From an uncultured Actinomycetes bacterium (GTDB lineage: Bacteria > Actinomycetota > Acidimicrobiia > Spongiisociales > DATADW01), in contig CAWGRK010000009.1 of the NCBI GenBank assembly GCA_963824995.1, positions 62,001-109,933 of the forward strand: a stretch of 47,933 nucleotides of DNA, read 5' to 3'. Numbering within the stretch: position 1 is the first letter of the stretch; every line of letters begins with the position of its first letter. The notes under the pieces are model-generated. The model was not told where the DNA came from, did not search any database, and saw only the letters and a list, made by a program, of their open reading frames with translations. The position numbers were made by a program, and so were the translations under genes. Below are positions 1 through 12,636 of the stretch, piece by piece.

Positions 1-796
1 CGGTCACATCGAGCCCGGCGGCGGCGATGACGCCGGACCCGAGCGCCTCGGCAAGCGCACTCTGATCCACCAGACCACCGCGCGCCACGTTGACCAGGAC
101 CGCACTTGGCTTCATCAGAGCCAGCGCCTCCCGGTCGATAACGTGCCGGGTCGCTTGATTGAGCGGCGCGGTGAGGACGACATGGTCGGCGACGGAGAGC
201 ATCTCGTCGAGTGGGAGCCGACGGGCACCTAGCTCGAGCTCTGCCTCGGGGCGCGGGTTCGGACCGGTGTAGACGATTTCCATGCCGAATCCGAGCGCAC
301 GACGTCCCACGGCCCGGCCGATCCGCCCCATACCGACAACGCCGAGCACGGTGTGGTGCAGATCGTTTCCGAGCAGGAGATCGGGGGCCCAGCGCTGCCA
401 CTCACGCGCAGCCACCATCCGGGCACCCTCGACGAGGCGGCGACCCGCCGCGAGGAGCAACCCGATGGCGGTGTCGGCGGTGGTGTCGGTGAGGACATCT
501 GGGGTGTAGCCCACGGGTATGCCTCGCATCGTGCAGGCGGCGAGGTCGATGTTGTCCAATCCGACTGCTACCTGGGATATCACCCGCAGACGAGTCGCCG
601 ATTCGAGGAATGGGGCATCGATCGGATCGGAGAGCATGGACAGCAGACCGTCAGCGGCTTGCACCGAGGTTCTGACCCGATCCGCCGGCATTGGGCCATC
701 GCCGTCCCACACCTCGACGACCGCAACGTCCTCCAAAGGGCGGAGGGAGACGCCCCATGGCCTCCTGGTGACAAGTACGACCGGCGGTGCGACCAC
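1..796 (-). CDS. D-isomer-specific 2-hydroxyacid dehydrogenase (glyoxylate/D-glycerate reductase type), 3' end outside window
   Basis: Manual translation (not in ORF track) shows VAVGLDNID, TPDVLTDTTADTA, GVVGMGRIG (NAD binding), LVNVARGGLVD, AAGLDV; GGAGG upstream of GTG at 796. Confidence 0.88.
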   Translation of the reverse strand, partial: MVAPPVVLVTRRPWGVSLRPLEDVAVVEVWDGDGPMPADRVRTSVQAADGLLSMLSDPIDAPFLESATRLRVISQVAVGLDNIDLAACTMRGIPVGYTPDVLTDTTADTAIGLLLAAGRRLVEGARMVAAREWQRWAPDLLLGNDLHHTVLGVVGMGRIGRAVGRRALGFGMEIVYTGPNPRPEAELELGARRLPLDEMLSVADHVVLTAPLNQATRHVIDREALALMKPSAVLVNVARGGLVDQSALAEALGSGVIAAAGLDVT

Positions 797-824
797 GGTC
801 ACCCCTCCGATGAGGCTGAGTTGC

Positions 825-1415
825 TCAGGCGGTCGCTATCCCACCTAGGTCGGATACCTGCTTCTGGGCGCTCCTCACCGCGAAGGAGGTAGCGATGATC
901 ACGACCCCCCAGACGATGAGCCAGATGCCGAGAATCCAGACGAGGGTGACAACCGACATTCCTGGCCAGGCGAGCACAACCCCCCCGGCAATCACGCTGA
1001 GGACCCCTCCAAAGATCGCCCAGCCTCGAGCGGGAGTCGTGTGGTCGCCGATGGCATCCACCGTCCTGATGATGCCGGCGACGACCCAGTAGATCCCGAG
1101 CAGCAAAGCCAGGCTGACGATGGTCACGCCGATGTTCCGCAGCGACCACAACCCGACGATGATCGAAAGAACACCGAGCAGAGCGGACATCACCCTCATC
1201 CCGCCCGATTCACCCGGGCGAAACACCGCCACTATCTCGAAGATGCCCGCCACCAATAGCTGTATTCCGAAGAGGACGGCGATGGTGACGACGGTCGCCT
1301 CGGGCCATACGAGCACCATGATCCCGAGGATCAGAGTGAGGATCCCGTAGAACAACACCCATCCCCAACTCCTGGCCAGGCCCTGCAGGGTGTCGGTGTC
1401 AGAACTGTATGTCAT
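825..1415 (-). CDS. HdeD/DUF308 family membrane protein
   Basis: 196 aa, about six hydrophobic helices in repeated GILxLILG / GVLSIIVG / GVLSVIAG units. Confidence 0.85.
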   Translation of the reverse strand: MTYSSDTDTLQGLARSWGWVLFYGILTLILGIMVLVWPEATVVTIAVLFGIQLLVAGIFEIVAVFRPGESGGMRVMSALLGVLSIIVGLWSLRNIGVTIVSLALLLGIYWVVAGIIRTVDAIGDHTTPARGWAIFGGVLSVIAGGVVLAWPGMSVVTLVWILGIWLIVWGVVIIATSFAVRSAQKQVSDLGGIATA

Positions 1416-1478
1416 TCGCTCGTCCTCCCTCGAGTCGCGGTCATGCTACGACTTCGATCCGCCGGCGCATGGTCAAGC

Positions 1479-2678
1479 TCAGCTGCGGGGTACCTCGTTC
1501 CAGGGGAGGTCTTTGTCGCCCCGGGGCTCGCCTGGAAGGCCGAGGACCCGCTCCCCGAGGATGTTCCGCATGATCTCCGACGTTCCGCCCTCGATCGAGT
1601 TGGCCCTCGCCCTGAGGAAGTTGCGCTGCGGACTGAAGGCCCCGATTCCCGCCCGCTCGGGTCGCCCGAAGTCGTAGCCCTTGGGGTAGAGGAGTCCCTC
1701 GGCGCCGAGCAGCGACATGGTGAATTCCGTGATCCGCTTGTTGAGTTCGGCCCAGTGGAGCTTCGATGTCGAGCCCTCGGGTCCGGGTGTCCCCCGCCGC
1801 CGGTTCTCGTTGGCGCGGAGGTTGGTGAGCCGTAGGACCTCTGCCTCGATCCAGAGAGCGGTCAGTTCGTCGCGGCGCGCCGCGTCGGTGTGGCCCCTCT
1901 CTTTCCAGGCGGCTACTGCGGCCGTGATCGCTCCGGACCCGCGAGGCTGCACCACCGACCCGATGGCGACACGCTCGTTCATGAGTGTCGTCATCGAAAC
2001 CCGCCAGCCCTCCCCCACATCGCCCAGGCGATATGCATCCGGAACCCGGGCGTCCGAGAAGAAGACCTCGTTGAACTCCGCCTCGCCGGTGATCTGGTGG
2101 AGGCCTCGCACCTCGACATCCGGTTGGTTCATGTCGATCACGAAATAGGTGAGCCCGCGGTGCTTGGGAACATCGGGATCGGTCCGGGCGACGAGCAATC
2201 CCCACCGGGCGCTGTGCGCCAGCGTGGTCCACACCTTCTGCCCGTTGACCACCCATTCGTCGCCATCGCGCACCGCACGCGTCGCCAGAGCCGCCACATC
2301 AGACCCGGCTCCGGGCTCGGAGAACAACTGACACCAGATCTCCTCGGCGGTGAACAGCGGTCGGAGCCAGCGGCGCCTTTGCGCCTCGGTGCCGTGGGCG
2401 AGGACGGTGGGGGCCCCCATCCCGTGGCCGATGACGTTGCGGATCACGTTGTCGGAGGACGCCCCGGCCGCGGCAAGCCTCTCCGAGACCGTCTGCTGGT
2501 GCCTAGGGCTCACGCCCAGTCCGCCATCATCGGGGGGAAACGACACCCAGGCCAATCCGAGGTCGAACTGCGCTCCCCAGAACTCGCGGTCGGCAGTGAT
2601 ACCCGGGTCGTGTGTCTCGAGGAGCTGGTCGATACGCGAGGCGATCAGCGTCTCTTCGTCGGTCATCGTGGTCGTCAT
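1479..2678 (-). CDS. Acyl-CoA dehydrogenase (FadE-like)
   Basis: WCQLFSEPGAGSD, VNGQKVWTT, EFNEVFF, SIEGGTSEIMRNILGERVLGLP; start trimmed to MTTTMTD. Confidence 0.93.
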   Translation of the reverse strand: MTTTMTDEETLIASRIDQLLETHDPGITADREFWGAQFDLGLAWVSFPPDDGGLGVSPRHQQTVSERLAAAGASSDNVIRNVIGHGMGAPTVLAHGTEAQRRRWLRPLFTAEEIWCQLFSEPGAGSDVAALATRAVRDGDEWVVNGQKVWTTLAHSARWGLLVARTDPDVPKHRGLTYFVIDMNQPDVEVRGLHQITGEAEFNEVFFSDARVPDAYRLGDVGEGWRVSMTTLMNERVAIGSVVQPRGSGAITAAVAAWKERGHTDAARRDELTALWIEAEVLRLTNLRANENRRRGTPGPEGSTSKLHWAELNKRITEFTMSLLGAEGLLYPKGYDFGRPERAGIGAFSPQRNFLRARANSIEGGTSEIMRNILGERVLGLPGEPRGDKDLPWNEVPRS

Positions 2679-2745
2679 GCGAGGCGGGACAGGGTACCTG
2701 TCACTCGACGTGTCATCCGGACCCGCGTCGACCATCATCCCCCCG

Positions 2746-3780
2746 ATGGCGATCACCGATCAAGGCCTGCTCATCCACGATACGGACCCGATCCAGGCGG
2801 AGGGTAGGTCCGAGGCACTCCCCATCACCCCCCTGGAGAAGATGTTCCGGAGAGACAACCTGATTCCGCCGCCGCCTTCGAAGGACTGGCGGCTGGTGCT
2901 GGAGGGGGTATCCCGCCCGGCGACATTCACCGTGCCCGAGTTGGTCGATGCGCTCCCGACGGTCGAGGTGACCGCGGTGTTGCAGTGCGCAGGCAACGGG
3001 CGAGGGCTGCTCGCCGGGCCTCCCCCGGGAACGCCTTGGCGGACCGGCGCTGCGGCGAATGTCCGGTGGACCGGGATCGCGGTGGCCGACCTCGTTGCGC
3101 TGGCCGGAGGCGCCGAGGATGGCAGCGGCTTCCTCACCGCCCTGGGCGCCGATGGAGCGGCCGGCGACCCCGGAAGGGTGGAGCGATCGGTGCCGCTGGA
3201 GGTGGGGCTGGAGCGGGGCCTGCTGGCCATCGGACTCAACGGGGACACGCTGCCCATATCCCACGGCGGGCCCATCCGCTTGGTGATCCCCGGGTATTTC
3301 GCGGTCAACAGCGTCAAGTGGGTGGTTCGGCTGTCGCTCACCGCCAAGGAGTCCGACGCCGACATCCAGACCTTCCGTTACCGGCTGACGCCGCCCGGTT
3401 CCCTCTCGGGACCTCACGATCCATCTTGCTGGGAGATGCCCGTGAAGTCGTGGGTCACCAGACCCGAGGCGGGCGCGGTCTTGTCGGGAGCCGTTGAACT
3501 GGAGGGAGTCGCCTTTTCCGGTGCAGGCCAGGTGACCGAGGTCGAGGTGACCGGCGACGGAGGAAAGACATGGCACCCAGCCGTGCTCGGTCCTTCGGCG
3601 GGCCCGGCGTCGTGGCGCACATTTGCGGCGACCGTCGACTTGGGCACGTCCGGAGGTCTGATAGCCAGTCGAGCACGCGATGCCGCCGGCAATGAGCAGC
3701 CGGAACGATCCGTGCCGGACATCAACGGGTACGCCCCGAACGGTTGGCTCGAGCATGCCGTGCCTGTGCCAAGGGCTTAG
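2746..3780 (+). CDS. Sulfite oxidase-family molybdopterin oxidoreductase
   Basis: Mo-ligating Cys in LQCAGNGR, HGGPIRLVIPGYFA, SVKWV, C-terminal dimerisation domain (SRARDAAGNEQP); no Tat signal seen; start set at MAITDQ. Confidence 0.88.
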   Translation: MAITDQGLLIHDTDPIQAEGRSEALPITPLEKMFRRDNLIPPPPSKDWRLVLEGVSRPATFTVPELVDALPTVEVTAVLQCAGNGRGLLAGPPPGTPWRTGAAANVRWTGIAVADLVALAGGAEDGSGFLTALGADGAAGDPGRVERSVPLEVGLERGLLAIGLNGDTLPISHGGPIRLVIPGYFAVNSVKWVVRLSLTAKESDADIQTFRYRLTPPGSLSGPHDPSCWEMPVKSWVTRPEAGAVLSGAVELEGVAFSGAGQVTEVEVTGDGGKTWHPAVLGPSAGPASWRTFAATVDLGTSGGLIASRARDAAGNEQPERSVPDINGYAPNGWLEHAVPVPRA

Positions 3781-3789
3781 ACCGCCGCC

Positions 3790-4644
3790 TCAGCCGGTCA
3801 GTGTGACCTTCCCGTTGCTGATCACCGGTTTGCCACGCTCGGCGGTTTCCGCCGTCACCAGGAGATGGTCCCCCTCGTCCCAGATCTTCGTGACCAAGGT
3901 CTCACCGGGGTAGACGACACCCGAGAACCTCGCCCGGTACTCGGCGACCCTTGTCATGTCGCCGTGGAGGACCTTGTCCACCACCGCCTTGCACACCACC
4001 CCGAACGAGCACAGACCGTGGAGGATGGGCCGTTCGAAGCCGGCCATTGCGGCGAATCCCGGATCGGCGTGGAGCGGGTTCTTGTCACCCGACAGTCTGT
4101 AGAGGAGCGCCTGCTGGGGTAGCGTCGCCGAGGTCGCCACGATGTCGGGCTCGTCTGTAGGTGCAGCGGAAAAGGACGGCGGCCCCGGCTCCCCGCCGAA
4201 CCCTCCCTCGCCGCGCAGGAACAGCGACGCCCGATTGGTGAACAATTTCTCGCCCGAGCCGTCGGTGGTCACCATCTCGACCACCGCCAGTGCCGCCTTT
4301 CCCTTGTCCCACAGTTCGGCGACCCGCCCCCGGTGGACCACCGTGGCCGCGGTCGGTATCGGGCCTTGCAGCGTGATTTGGTGCTCGCCGTGGAGAAGCA
4401 ATGCCGGGTTGAACTCGAGACCGTCCACGCCCCCCACCCCGAGGAGGGCGGGGAAGGGTGGGACGGTGGCAAAGCTGGGGAGCACCGCCAGGCCGCCTTC
4501 GTAGGTGTATCGGAGCTCGGCCGGGTCGGTGGGGGGATCGCCGGCCCCGACGCCGAGGTGGTAGAGAATCACATCGTCCTGATCCCACCTGCCCTCGATC
4601 ACTGGTAGCTCGGCGCCGAGGGCTCGGGACGGATCTACCGGCAC
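3790..4644 (-). CDS. MaoC/enoyl-CoA hydratase 2 (double hot-dog)
   Basis: YRLSGDKNPLHADP hydratase-2 motif, PILHGLCS, LLHGEH. Confidence 0.92.
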   Translation of the reverse strand: MPVDPSRALGAELPVIEGRWDQDDVILYHLGVGAGDPPTDPAELRYTYEGGLAVLPSFATVPPFPALLGVGGVDGLEFNPALLLHGEHQITLQGPIPTAATVVHRGRVAELWDKGKAALAVVEMVTTDGSGEKLFTNRASLFLRGEGGFGGEPGPPSFSAAPTDEPDIVATSATLPQQALLYRLSGDKNPLHADPGFAAMAGFERPILHGLCSFGVVCKAVVDKVLHGDMTRVAEYRARFSGVVYPGETLVTKIWDEGDHLLVTAETAERGKPVISNGKVTLTG

Positions 4645-4645
4645 C

Positions 4646-5554
4646 TCAACTGTCCTGCATCGCCGCCATCACCAGGCGGATCTCGTCGTTGCTGCTCAGC
4701 GGGATCTCGTATGTGGCGAGATCGCGCACCTCGTCGATGTGCTCCACCAGGTCCTCGACTGTCGGCACCACCTTCTGCCCGGCGAACCACCCGGGATTGG
4801 TGGCCACGAAGATACGGCCATAGCGGCCGCCCCCGGCGGTGAAGATCTCGTGGGTGTGCGGGTTCGCCTCCGAGGCGAGGTAGACCACCATCGGCGTCAC
4901 CTGTTCGGGGTCGAGCAGGTCTGCAAGGGGACCGAGCAGATCCTCGGTCATCCTCGTCCTGGCTACGGGGGCGATCACGTTGCTGTTTATCCCGTATTTG
5001 GCTCCCTCGATGGCGAGCACGTTGCTCAAACCGACGAGACCCATCTTGGCGGCGCCGTAGTTGGCCTGCCCGAAGTTGCCGAAGATCCCGGCGTTGGAGG
5101 CGGCGAACACCAGCCGCCCGTAGCCCCGCTCCTTCATGACCCTGAAGGCCGGCATGGCAACGTGGAATCCCCCCAACAAATGGACGGAGAACACGCTCTC
5201 CACATCCTCGAGGGTGATGTTTGCGAAACTGCGATCGCGCAGTATTCCGGCGTTGCTGATGAGGACGTCCACCGCCCCGAAGGCGTCCATGGCGGTTGCG
5301 ATGATCGCCTCACCCCCATCGGCGGTGGCCACGGAGTCGTAGTTGGCGACAGCCTCGCCGCCGCCGGATTCGATCTCGACGACCACGTCATCGGCAGCCC
5401 TGGTTCCCGAACCGGTGCCGTCCATGGCGCCGCCCAGGTCGTTGACCACGACCCGCGCCCCGCGCCGGGCCAACTCGAGGGCGTACGACCGGCCCAACCC
5501 GCCACCCGCCCCGGTGACGATGGCCACCCGGCCGTCGAAAGTTATGTCGGACAT
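4646..5554 (-). CDS. SDR oxidoreductase similar to the (3R)-hydroxyacyl-CoA dehydrogenase domain of MFE-2
   Basis: TGAGGGLG, VVVNDLGG, NAGILRD, GNFGQANYGAAK (YxxxK); AGGAGG upstream; alternative GTG start at 5560. Confidence 0.92.
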   Translation of the reverse strand: MSDITFDGRVAIVTGAGGGLGRSYALELARRGARVVVNDLGGAMDGTGSGTRAADDVVVEIESGGGEAVANYDSVATADGGEAIIATAMDAFGAVDVLISNAGILRDRSFANITLEDVESVFSVHLLGGFHVAMPAFRVMKERGYGRLVFAASNAGIFGNFGQANYGAAKMGLVGLSNVLAIEGAKYGINSNVIAPVARTRMTEDLLGPLADLLDPEQVTPMVVYLASEANPHTHEIFTAGGGRYGRIFVATNPGWFAGQKVVPTVEDLVEHIDEVRDLATYEIPLSSNDEIRLVMAAMQDS

Positions 5555-5727
5555 GGGCACGCGCCTCCTAAACGTCGAACCGGGGGCGGGACCTTAGATC
5601 GGGTGGTAGGTGGTTGGTGCCAAGTGAAAAGGCAGGCTCATGGTGCCATGAAGCCAAGCGGATTCCACCATTGGGGGAACGCAAGAAGAAACCCTGAAAC
5701 CCGCCACTAGCTCATGTGGTTTACGGC

Positions 5728-6857
5728 TCAGCCGGCCGCCCCGGATCGCCGGAGGTTACCGATGTCACCCCTGGAGAATCCGAGTTCGGCCAGTACCGCA
5801 TCGGTGTCCGCGCCAGGGATGGGAGGCGGGGAAGGAAACCCGGTCGGCGTCGCAGAGAACCGGGGCGCGGGGCGGGTTGGACCACTCCGGCGACCTCGAT
5901 GAAGGTCCCCCGAGCCGCGTTGTGGGCATGCACCGGCGCCTCGGCCAGCGATAGCACCGCGGCGGCGCAGGCGTCGGTCCCCTCCAGCTCTGCCGCCCAG
6001 TCGTCCCTGGTGCGCGTGGAGATCACATCGGCGAGACGCCGGCGCAACTCGGGCCACATCGCCCTGTCGTACTGGGCGGGCAAGGACGACAGGTCGAGCC
6101 CGAGCCGTTCGGTGAGCACGGCGAAGAACTTCGGCTCGAGAGCACCGAGTGCCAGCGACTCGCCGTCAGAGGTGAGGTACGTGTCGTAGAAAGGCGCTGC
6201 GCCGTCGAGCAGGTTCGACTCCCGCTCCGGGGTCCACCACCCGGCGGCAAGGCCGCCATGGAAGAGGGCGGTCAGTTGGGCGACACCATCGACCATGGCG
6301 GCATCGACCACCTGACCCCGCCCCGACTGTCGCGCCTCGTACATGGCGGCCACGACGCCGAGGGCGAGCAGCATGCCGCCGCCGCCGTAATCCGCCACGA
6401 GGTTGAGCGGTGGCACCGGCGGTTCGCCCGACCGGCCGATCGGGTGGAGGGCGCCCGACACCGCCAGGTAGTTGATGTCGTGCCCTGCCGAAGCCGCCAA
6501 CGGCCCCTCCTGGCCCCACCCGGTGACCCGCCCGTAGACGAGACGCGGGTTGCGCTCGAGGCACTCCCTCGGCGCTAAGCCGATCCGCTCCATCACACCG
6601 GGCCGGTAGCCCTCGATCAGCCCGTCCGAAGTCTCCACCAAGCGGAGCATCACCTCGACCGCTTCGGAATGGCTCAGGTCGAGAGCTATGGAGCGACGAC
6701 CCCGCGACGTGACCGGGTCCTCGAATACGGCCCCGCCGGAACCCGGCCTCTCGACTCGCACCATCTCCGCCCCGAGGCCGGAGAGCACCATCCCACAGAA
6801 CGGTCCCGGTCCGATCCCGGCCATCTCGATGATCCTCACCCCTGACAAGGGTCCCAT
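5728..6857 (-). CDS. CaiB/BaiF CoA-transferase family III, alpha-methylacyl-CoA racemase-like; one frameshift near 5870
   Basis: GIGPGPFCGM, EGYRPGVMERIGL, AGHDINY, NLLDGAAPFY; the typical C-terminus PAPRFS...DTDAVLAELG lies in the adjacent frame (ORF 5728..6057), consistent with one base missing from a homopolymer. Confidence 0.88.
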
Positions 6858-6892
6858 CAGCAGGTTGCTAGCACGCTCCGTAGGCTCGGGGC

Positions 6893-8818
<1,926 letters not shown>

Positions 8819-8922
8819 ACGGAAGGCGGACGGCGGCCAGAGGTGGGTTCGCCCTAGGTGGCTGGTGTCCCGACTCGCTCACCTATCACCAAGAGCCATC
8901 CATTTACCACCGCCCATCGTCC

Positions 8923-10200
8923 TCACGCGTCCTCGGGCGAGGGAGCGGGACGCAGGACGACTTCGGTGATGGCGCGGCGGTGGACGCGGGAGACGGTGAG
9001 CTCCCAGTCCCCCACCCGGACCCGGTCGCCGGGGCGCTCCGGGAGGCGGCCGAGACGATCGAGGATCAACCCGGCCACAGAGGTGTACTCGCCGTCGGGC
9101 AGCTCGACGCCGACATCGACCAGGTCGTGGACAGGAAAGTCGCCGGCCAGCACGACGGTCCCGTCACGCTCCCGGCGGACGGCACGCACGTCGCGGTCAC
9201 CCTCGTCGTAAATCTCGCCCACCACTTCCTCGACCAGATCCTCGATGGTGACGATCCCCTCCACCGAGCCGTGTTCGGAGATGACCATCGCCATCTGATG
9301 ACGTTCGGTTTGCATCACCCGCATCGCCCCGAGAACCCTGAGTGACTCGGGAAAGAACGGCACCTCGCGGGCAAGATCGCGCAGGTTGAGTTCGTCGCTC
9401 ACTCCGAGCAGGTCGTGGATCCGGACCACCCCGACCGTCCGATTGAGGTCTCCCTCGTCCGCTACCGGGGCTCTCGTATGGCCGCTCTGGGTCAGCAGAT
9501 CGAGCGCAGCAGCCGGGGTTAGCCTGGCATCGAGCGAGAAGACTGCGCCGCGTGGCCGGAGCACCTGGCGGAGACGGCGGTGCTCCAATTCGAGTGCACC
9601 GATGACGACGGTCCGCTGCTCGGTCGAGAAGGTCCCGTGGGCAAGCACCATGTCACGCAACTCCTCGGTGGAGACGTCCTCGGCACGCCTCCTCGGATCG
9701 CCGCCGAACAGCCTGACGACGAGGTCGGTGGACGCTCCCAACAGGCCGACCACCGGCTTCATGACGACGGACATCCAGTAGAGCGCCGGGCCGAAGACCA
9801 TGGCCCACCGCTCAGCCCACTGCAGCCCGAGGCGTTTTGGCGCCAACTCACCGAGTACGAGGGTGAGGTAGGAGAGAATCAAAGTGACGAGCACCACCGC
9901 CATCGGGCGCGCCGCCCTGCCGAGGAAGGACAGCGGCTCGATCAGCGGCTCCGCCAGCGAGACGGCAGCCGTCGCCGAGGCGAGGAAGCCGGCGAGGGTT
10001 ATCCCGATCTGGATGGTGGCGAGGAACCTGTTCGGGTCGCGCGCCAACTCAGCGACCCGCCGCCCCGACCGCGACCCGGATTCCATGCGCCGCAACTGGC
10101 CCTCCCGCAGGGTTATCAGCGCGATCTCGGTCCCGGCGAAGACGGCGTTCACCAGCACGAGCGCCAGCACCAAAGCCAGCTCGGGGAGGTATTCGCTCAT
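8923..10200 (-). CDS. Hemolysin/CNNM family protein (DUF21 + CBS pair + CorC/HlyC)
   Basis: FAGTEIAL, LATIQIGIT, LGELAPK, GIVTIEDLVEEVVGEIYDE. Confidence 0.92.
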   Translation of the reverse strand: MSEYLPELALVLALVLVNAVFAGTEIALITLREGQLRRMESGSRSGRRVAELARDPNRFLATIQIGITLAGFLASATAAVSLAEPLIEPLSFLGRAARPMAVVLVTLILSYLTLVLGELAPKRLGLQWAERWAMVFGPALYWMSVVMKPVVGLLGASTDLVVRLFGGDPRRRAEDVSTEELRDMVLAHGTFSTEQRTVVIGALELEHRRLRQVLRPRGAVFSLDARLTPAAALDLLTQSGHTRAPVADEGDLNRTVGVVRIHDLLGVSDELNLRDLAREVPFFPESLRVLGAMRVMQTERHQMAMVISEHGSVEGIVTIEDLVEEVVGEIYDEGDRDVRAVRRERDGTVVLAGDFPVHDLVDVGVELPDGEYTSVAGLILDRLGRLPERPGDRVRVGDWELTVSRVHRRAITEVVLRPAPSPEDA

Positions 10201-10219
10201 GGCTCGAGAGGCAGGCTCA

Positions 10220-10819
10220 TTAGACGGGAGGCGCCGGGTCGTATTGGATGGCGCGCCTCACCTCTACCGCCCGGTCCTTGGAGTGGAGTCGAGATACGAG
10301 GTGGAGCGCCATGTCGATCCCGGCGGAAACCCCAGCCGCGGTGATCACCTCGCCCGTGTCGATGAACCGATCGTCGGGTCGGATCTCGATGGTCGGGTCG
10401 ATTGCGGCCAGCTCACCCAGCGATCCCCAGTAGGTCGTCGCCGGTCGGCCCTTGAGCAACCCGGCGTCGGCGAGGACCAGCGAGCCTGTGCAGACGCTGG
10501 TGATCAGTGCTCCATCGGAGGCGAGACCCTGCACCCAGGCGCGGATCTCGCCATCCCCCAACTGCGGCCTCGTCCCCCTTCCACCGGGGTACACCAGGAC
10601 ATCGAGTGGTGGCACCGATGACCAGTCGTGATCTGGTAGGACGCGCAGCCCCTTGGCGCATGTCACCACGCCGGGTGAGCGTGCCACGGTGACAACGTCA
10701 ACGCCGTCCTCCGGCCACGAGAGCGCCCACATGCGGAGGACCTCCCATGGGCCCACCCAGTCGAGTTCTTCCGCACCCTCGAAGACGAAGATGCCGATAC
10801 GCACGAGAGCAGTCTCCAT
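10220..10819 (-). CDS. DJ-1/PfpI family protein (InhA-like)
   Basis: EELDWVGPWEV, PGG, SVCTG nucleophile Cys, TAAGVSAGID, YDPAPP end; start 10819 or 10804. Confidence 0.9.
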   Translation of the reverse strand: METALVRIGIFVFEGAEELDWVGPWEVLRMWALSWPEDGVDVVTVARSPGVVTCAKGLRVLPDHDWSSVPPLDVLVYPGGRGTRPQLGDGEIRAWVQGLASDGALITSVCTGSLVLADAGLLKGRPATTYWGSLGELAAIDPTIEIRPDDRFIDTGEVITAAGVSAGIDMALHLVSRLHSKDRAVEVRRAIQYDPAPPV

Positions 10820-10856
10820 GTCTCCCGAAGAAGATGACTGTAGGCAGGATGTGACC

Positions 10857-11627
10857 ATGACCAACGCCTCCGTGTCGTTCGACCGGGCCGTCGAGTACTA
10901 CGACCGAACACGTGCCCTCCCCACCGACCTCGCCCAGCGCCAGACTGAGATGCTCGCCGGGGTTCTCGCCGGCCGCGGCACGGTGCTCGAGATCGGGGTC
11001 GGGACGGGGAGGGTCTCCCTGCCGCTCTGGCAGCGCGGCGTACCCCTCTTCGGGCTCGACCTCTCGGCGCCGATGCTCCACCGGCTTGCTGTGAACGCAG
11101 CAGGGAACCACTTCCCGCTCGTGATCGGTGATGCCACGGTCCTCCCGTTCGGCGACGGGTCGCTCGACGCGGTGATCGCCGCCCATGTGCTCCATCTCAT
11201 CCCGGAGTGGCGGCAGGCGGTCGCCGAGATCCACCGCGCTCTCGCCGGTGGTGGCATCTTCCTTCAGACCCGGGGTACCCCCCCGGGGAAGGACTCGGAG
11301 GTGACGAAGGTCTTCTTCGAGGCCACAGGTAGACCCGACTGGCCGCCGGGTGCCCGAGGGAACGATGACGTGGACATGGCGGCCGATGACGCCGGTTTCG
11401 ACGTCGAGGAACTCGAAGAGTTGACGGCTCCCAACCGTGTCGATCTCTATGAAGCCATCGACCAACTCGAAGAGGGGATCTTCTCGGCCTGTTGGGAGAT
11501 CGCCCCCGAACGCCGCACCGCCGCCGCCAAGACAGCCCGCGCCTGGCTGCGAGAGCACCACGGTGACCCGCCGGCCTGGGTGGACGACACCGTGGTGCTC
11601 CGTTGGAGGCTCTACAGGAAGCGCTGA
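10857..11627 (+). CDS. Class I SAM-dependent methyltransferase
   Basis: FDRAVEYYDRTR, VLEIGVGTGR (motif I), GLDLSAPML, GDATVLPF. Confidence 0.9.
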   Translation: MTNASVSFDRAVEYYDRTRALPTDLAQRQTEMLAGVLAGRGTVLEIGVGTGRVSLPLWQRGVPLFGLDLSAPMLHRLAVNAAGNHFPLVIGDATVLPFGDGSLDAVIAAHVLHLIPEWRQAVAEIHRALAGGGIFLQTRGTPPGKDSEVTKVFFEATGRPDWPPGARGNDDVDMAADDAGFDVEELEELTAPNRVDLYEAIDQLEEGIFSACWEIAPERRTAAAKTARAWLREHHGDPPAWVDDTVVLRWRLYRKR

Positions 11628-11628
11628 A

Positions 11629-12504
11629 TCAGCGTTCGATCGGCGCCCGCACAGCGTTGCCCCACTCGGTCCAGGAGCCGTCGTAGTTCCTCACCTTCGG
11701 GTACCCCAACAGTTGGGTGAGCACGAACCAGGTGTGGCTGGAACGCTCACCGATCCGGCAGTAGGCGATCACGTCGTCGCTCGAAGCGAGCCCGATCTCG
11801 CCCTCGTAGATCGACCTGAGCTCATCGGCGCTCTTGAACGAGCCGTCCTCGTTGGCAGCGCGCTTCCACGGGACGCTGCGAGCCCCCGGGATGTGGCCGC
11901 CGCGCAGCGCCCCCTCCTGTGGGTAGGCGGGCATGTGGAGCAACTCACCGCGGAATTCTTCTGGTGAACGGACGTCCACCAGCGGTTTGCCCGATTCGGA
12001 ATGGGCAAGCACCTCTTCGCGGAATGCCCTGATCTTCGAGTCGTCGCGCTCGGGGACCGGGAAGTCGGTCGGCTCGCGGTCGGTCTTGTCGGTGGTGAGA
12101 TCCCGGTTCTCCTCGACCCACTTCTGCCTTCCGCCGTCGAGCAGCCTGGTGTCATCGTGTCCGAACAGGCTGAACACCCAGAGGGCGTACGCCGCCCACC
12201 AGTTGAAGTTGTCGCCGTAGAAAACAACCGTCTGTCCCGGCTTGATCCCCGAGCGGGAGAGCAGGGCGGCGAACCCCTCAGGGTTGACGTAATCGCGGAT
12301 GAGGGCATCGTTCAGGTCGGCGTGCCAGTCGATCTTGACCGCACCCGGAATGTGGCCGGTGTCGTAGAGGAGCACGTCCTCATCCGACTCGACGATGACA
12401 ATGTCTGGGTCGTTGAGATGCTCTGCCAGCCAGTCGGTGGAGACCAACTTCTCGGGGTGGGCGTAATCCTGGAACTTGGGGGCGTCGTCGAGCGGTGCGG
12501 ACAT
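11629..12504 (-). CDS. sseA: Two-domain rhodanese / thiosulfate sulfurtransferase (SseA-like)
   Basis: GHIPGA twice, active-site [21 protein letters not shown] upstream. Confidence 0.88.
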   Translation of the reverse strand: MSAPLDDAPKFQDYAHPEKLVSTDWLAEHLNDPDIVIVESDEDVLLYDTGHIPGAVKIDWHADLNDALIRDYVNPEGFAALLSRSGIKPGQTVVFYGDNFNWWAAYALWVFSLFGHDDTRLLDGGRQKWVEENRDLTTDKTDREPTDFPVPERDDSKIRAFREEVLAHSESGKPLVDVRSPEEFRGELLHMPAYPQEGALRGGHIPGARSVPWKRAANEDGSFKSADELRSIYEGEIGLASSDDVIAYCRIGERSSHTWFVLTQLLGYPKVRNYDGSWTEWGNAVRAPIER

Positions 12505-12636
12505 GACTCCTCCTCGGAGGTGGGAAGACACGGACAGGCGACGGACGGGCCGGTGGCCCGGTCCGGCTAGTGACTACATCGGAGTGTTCTAAGCACCATC
12601 CGCATAGTGCAATCAGCCAACCTTACACTTCGGTCG

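Noticed and set aside
5561..5727. Riboswitch or ncRNA in the SDR-racemase spacer
   Set aside because: Only a short dyad (TCATGG-TG-CCATGA) and degenerate heptamers; no recognisable RNA family
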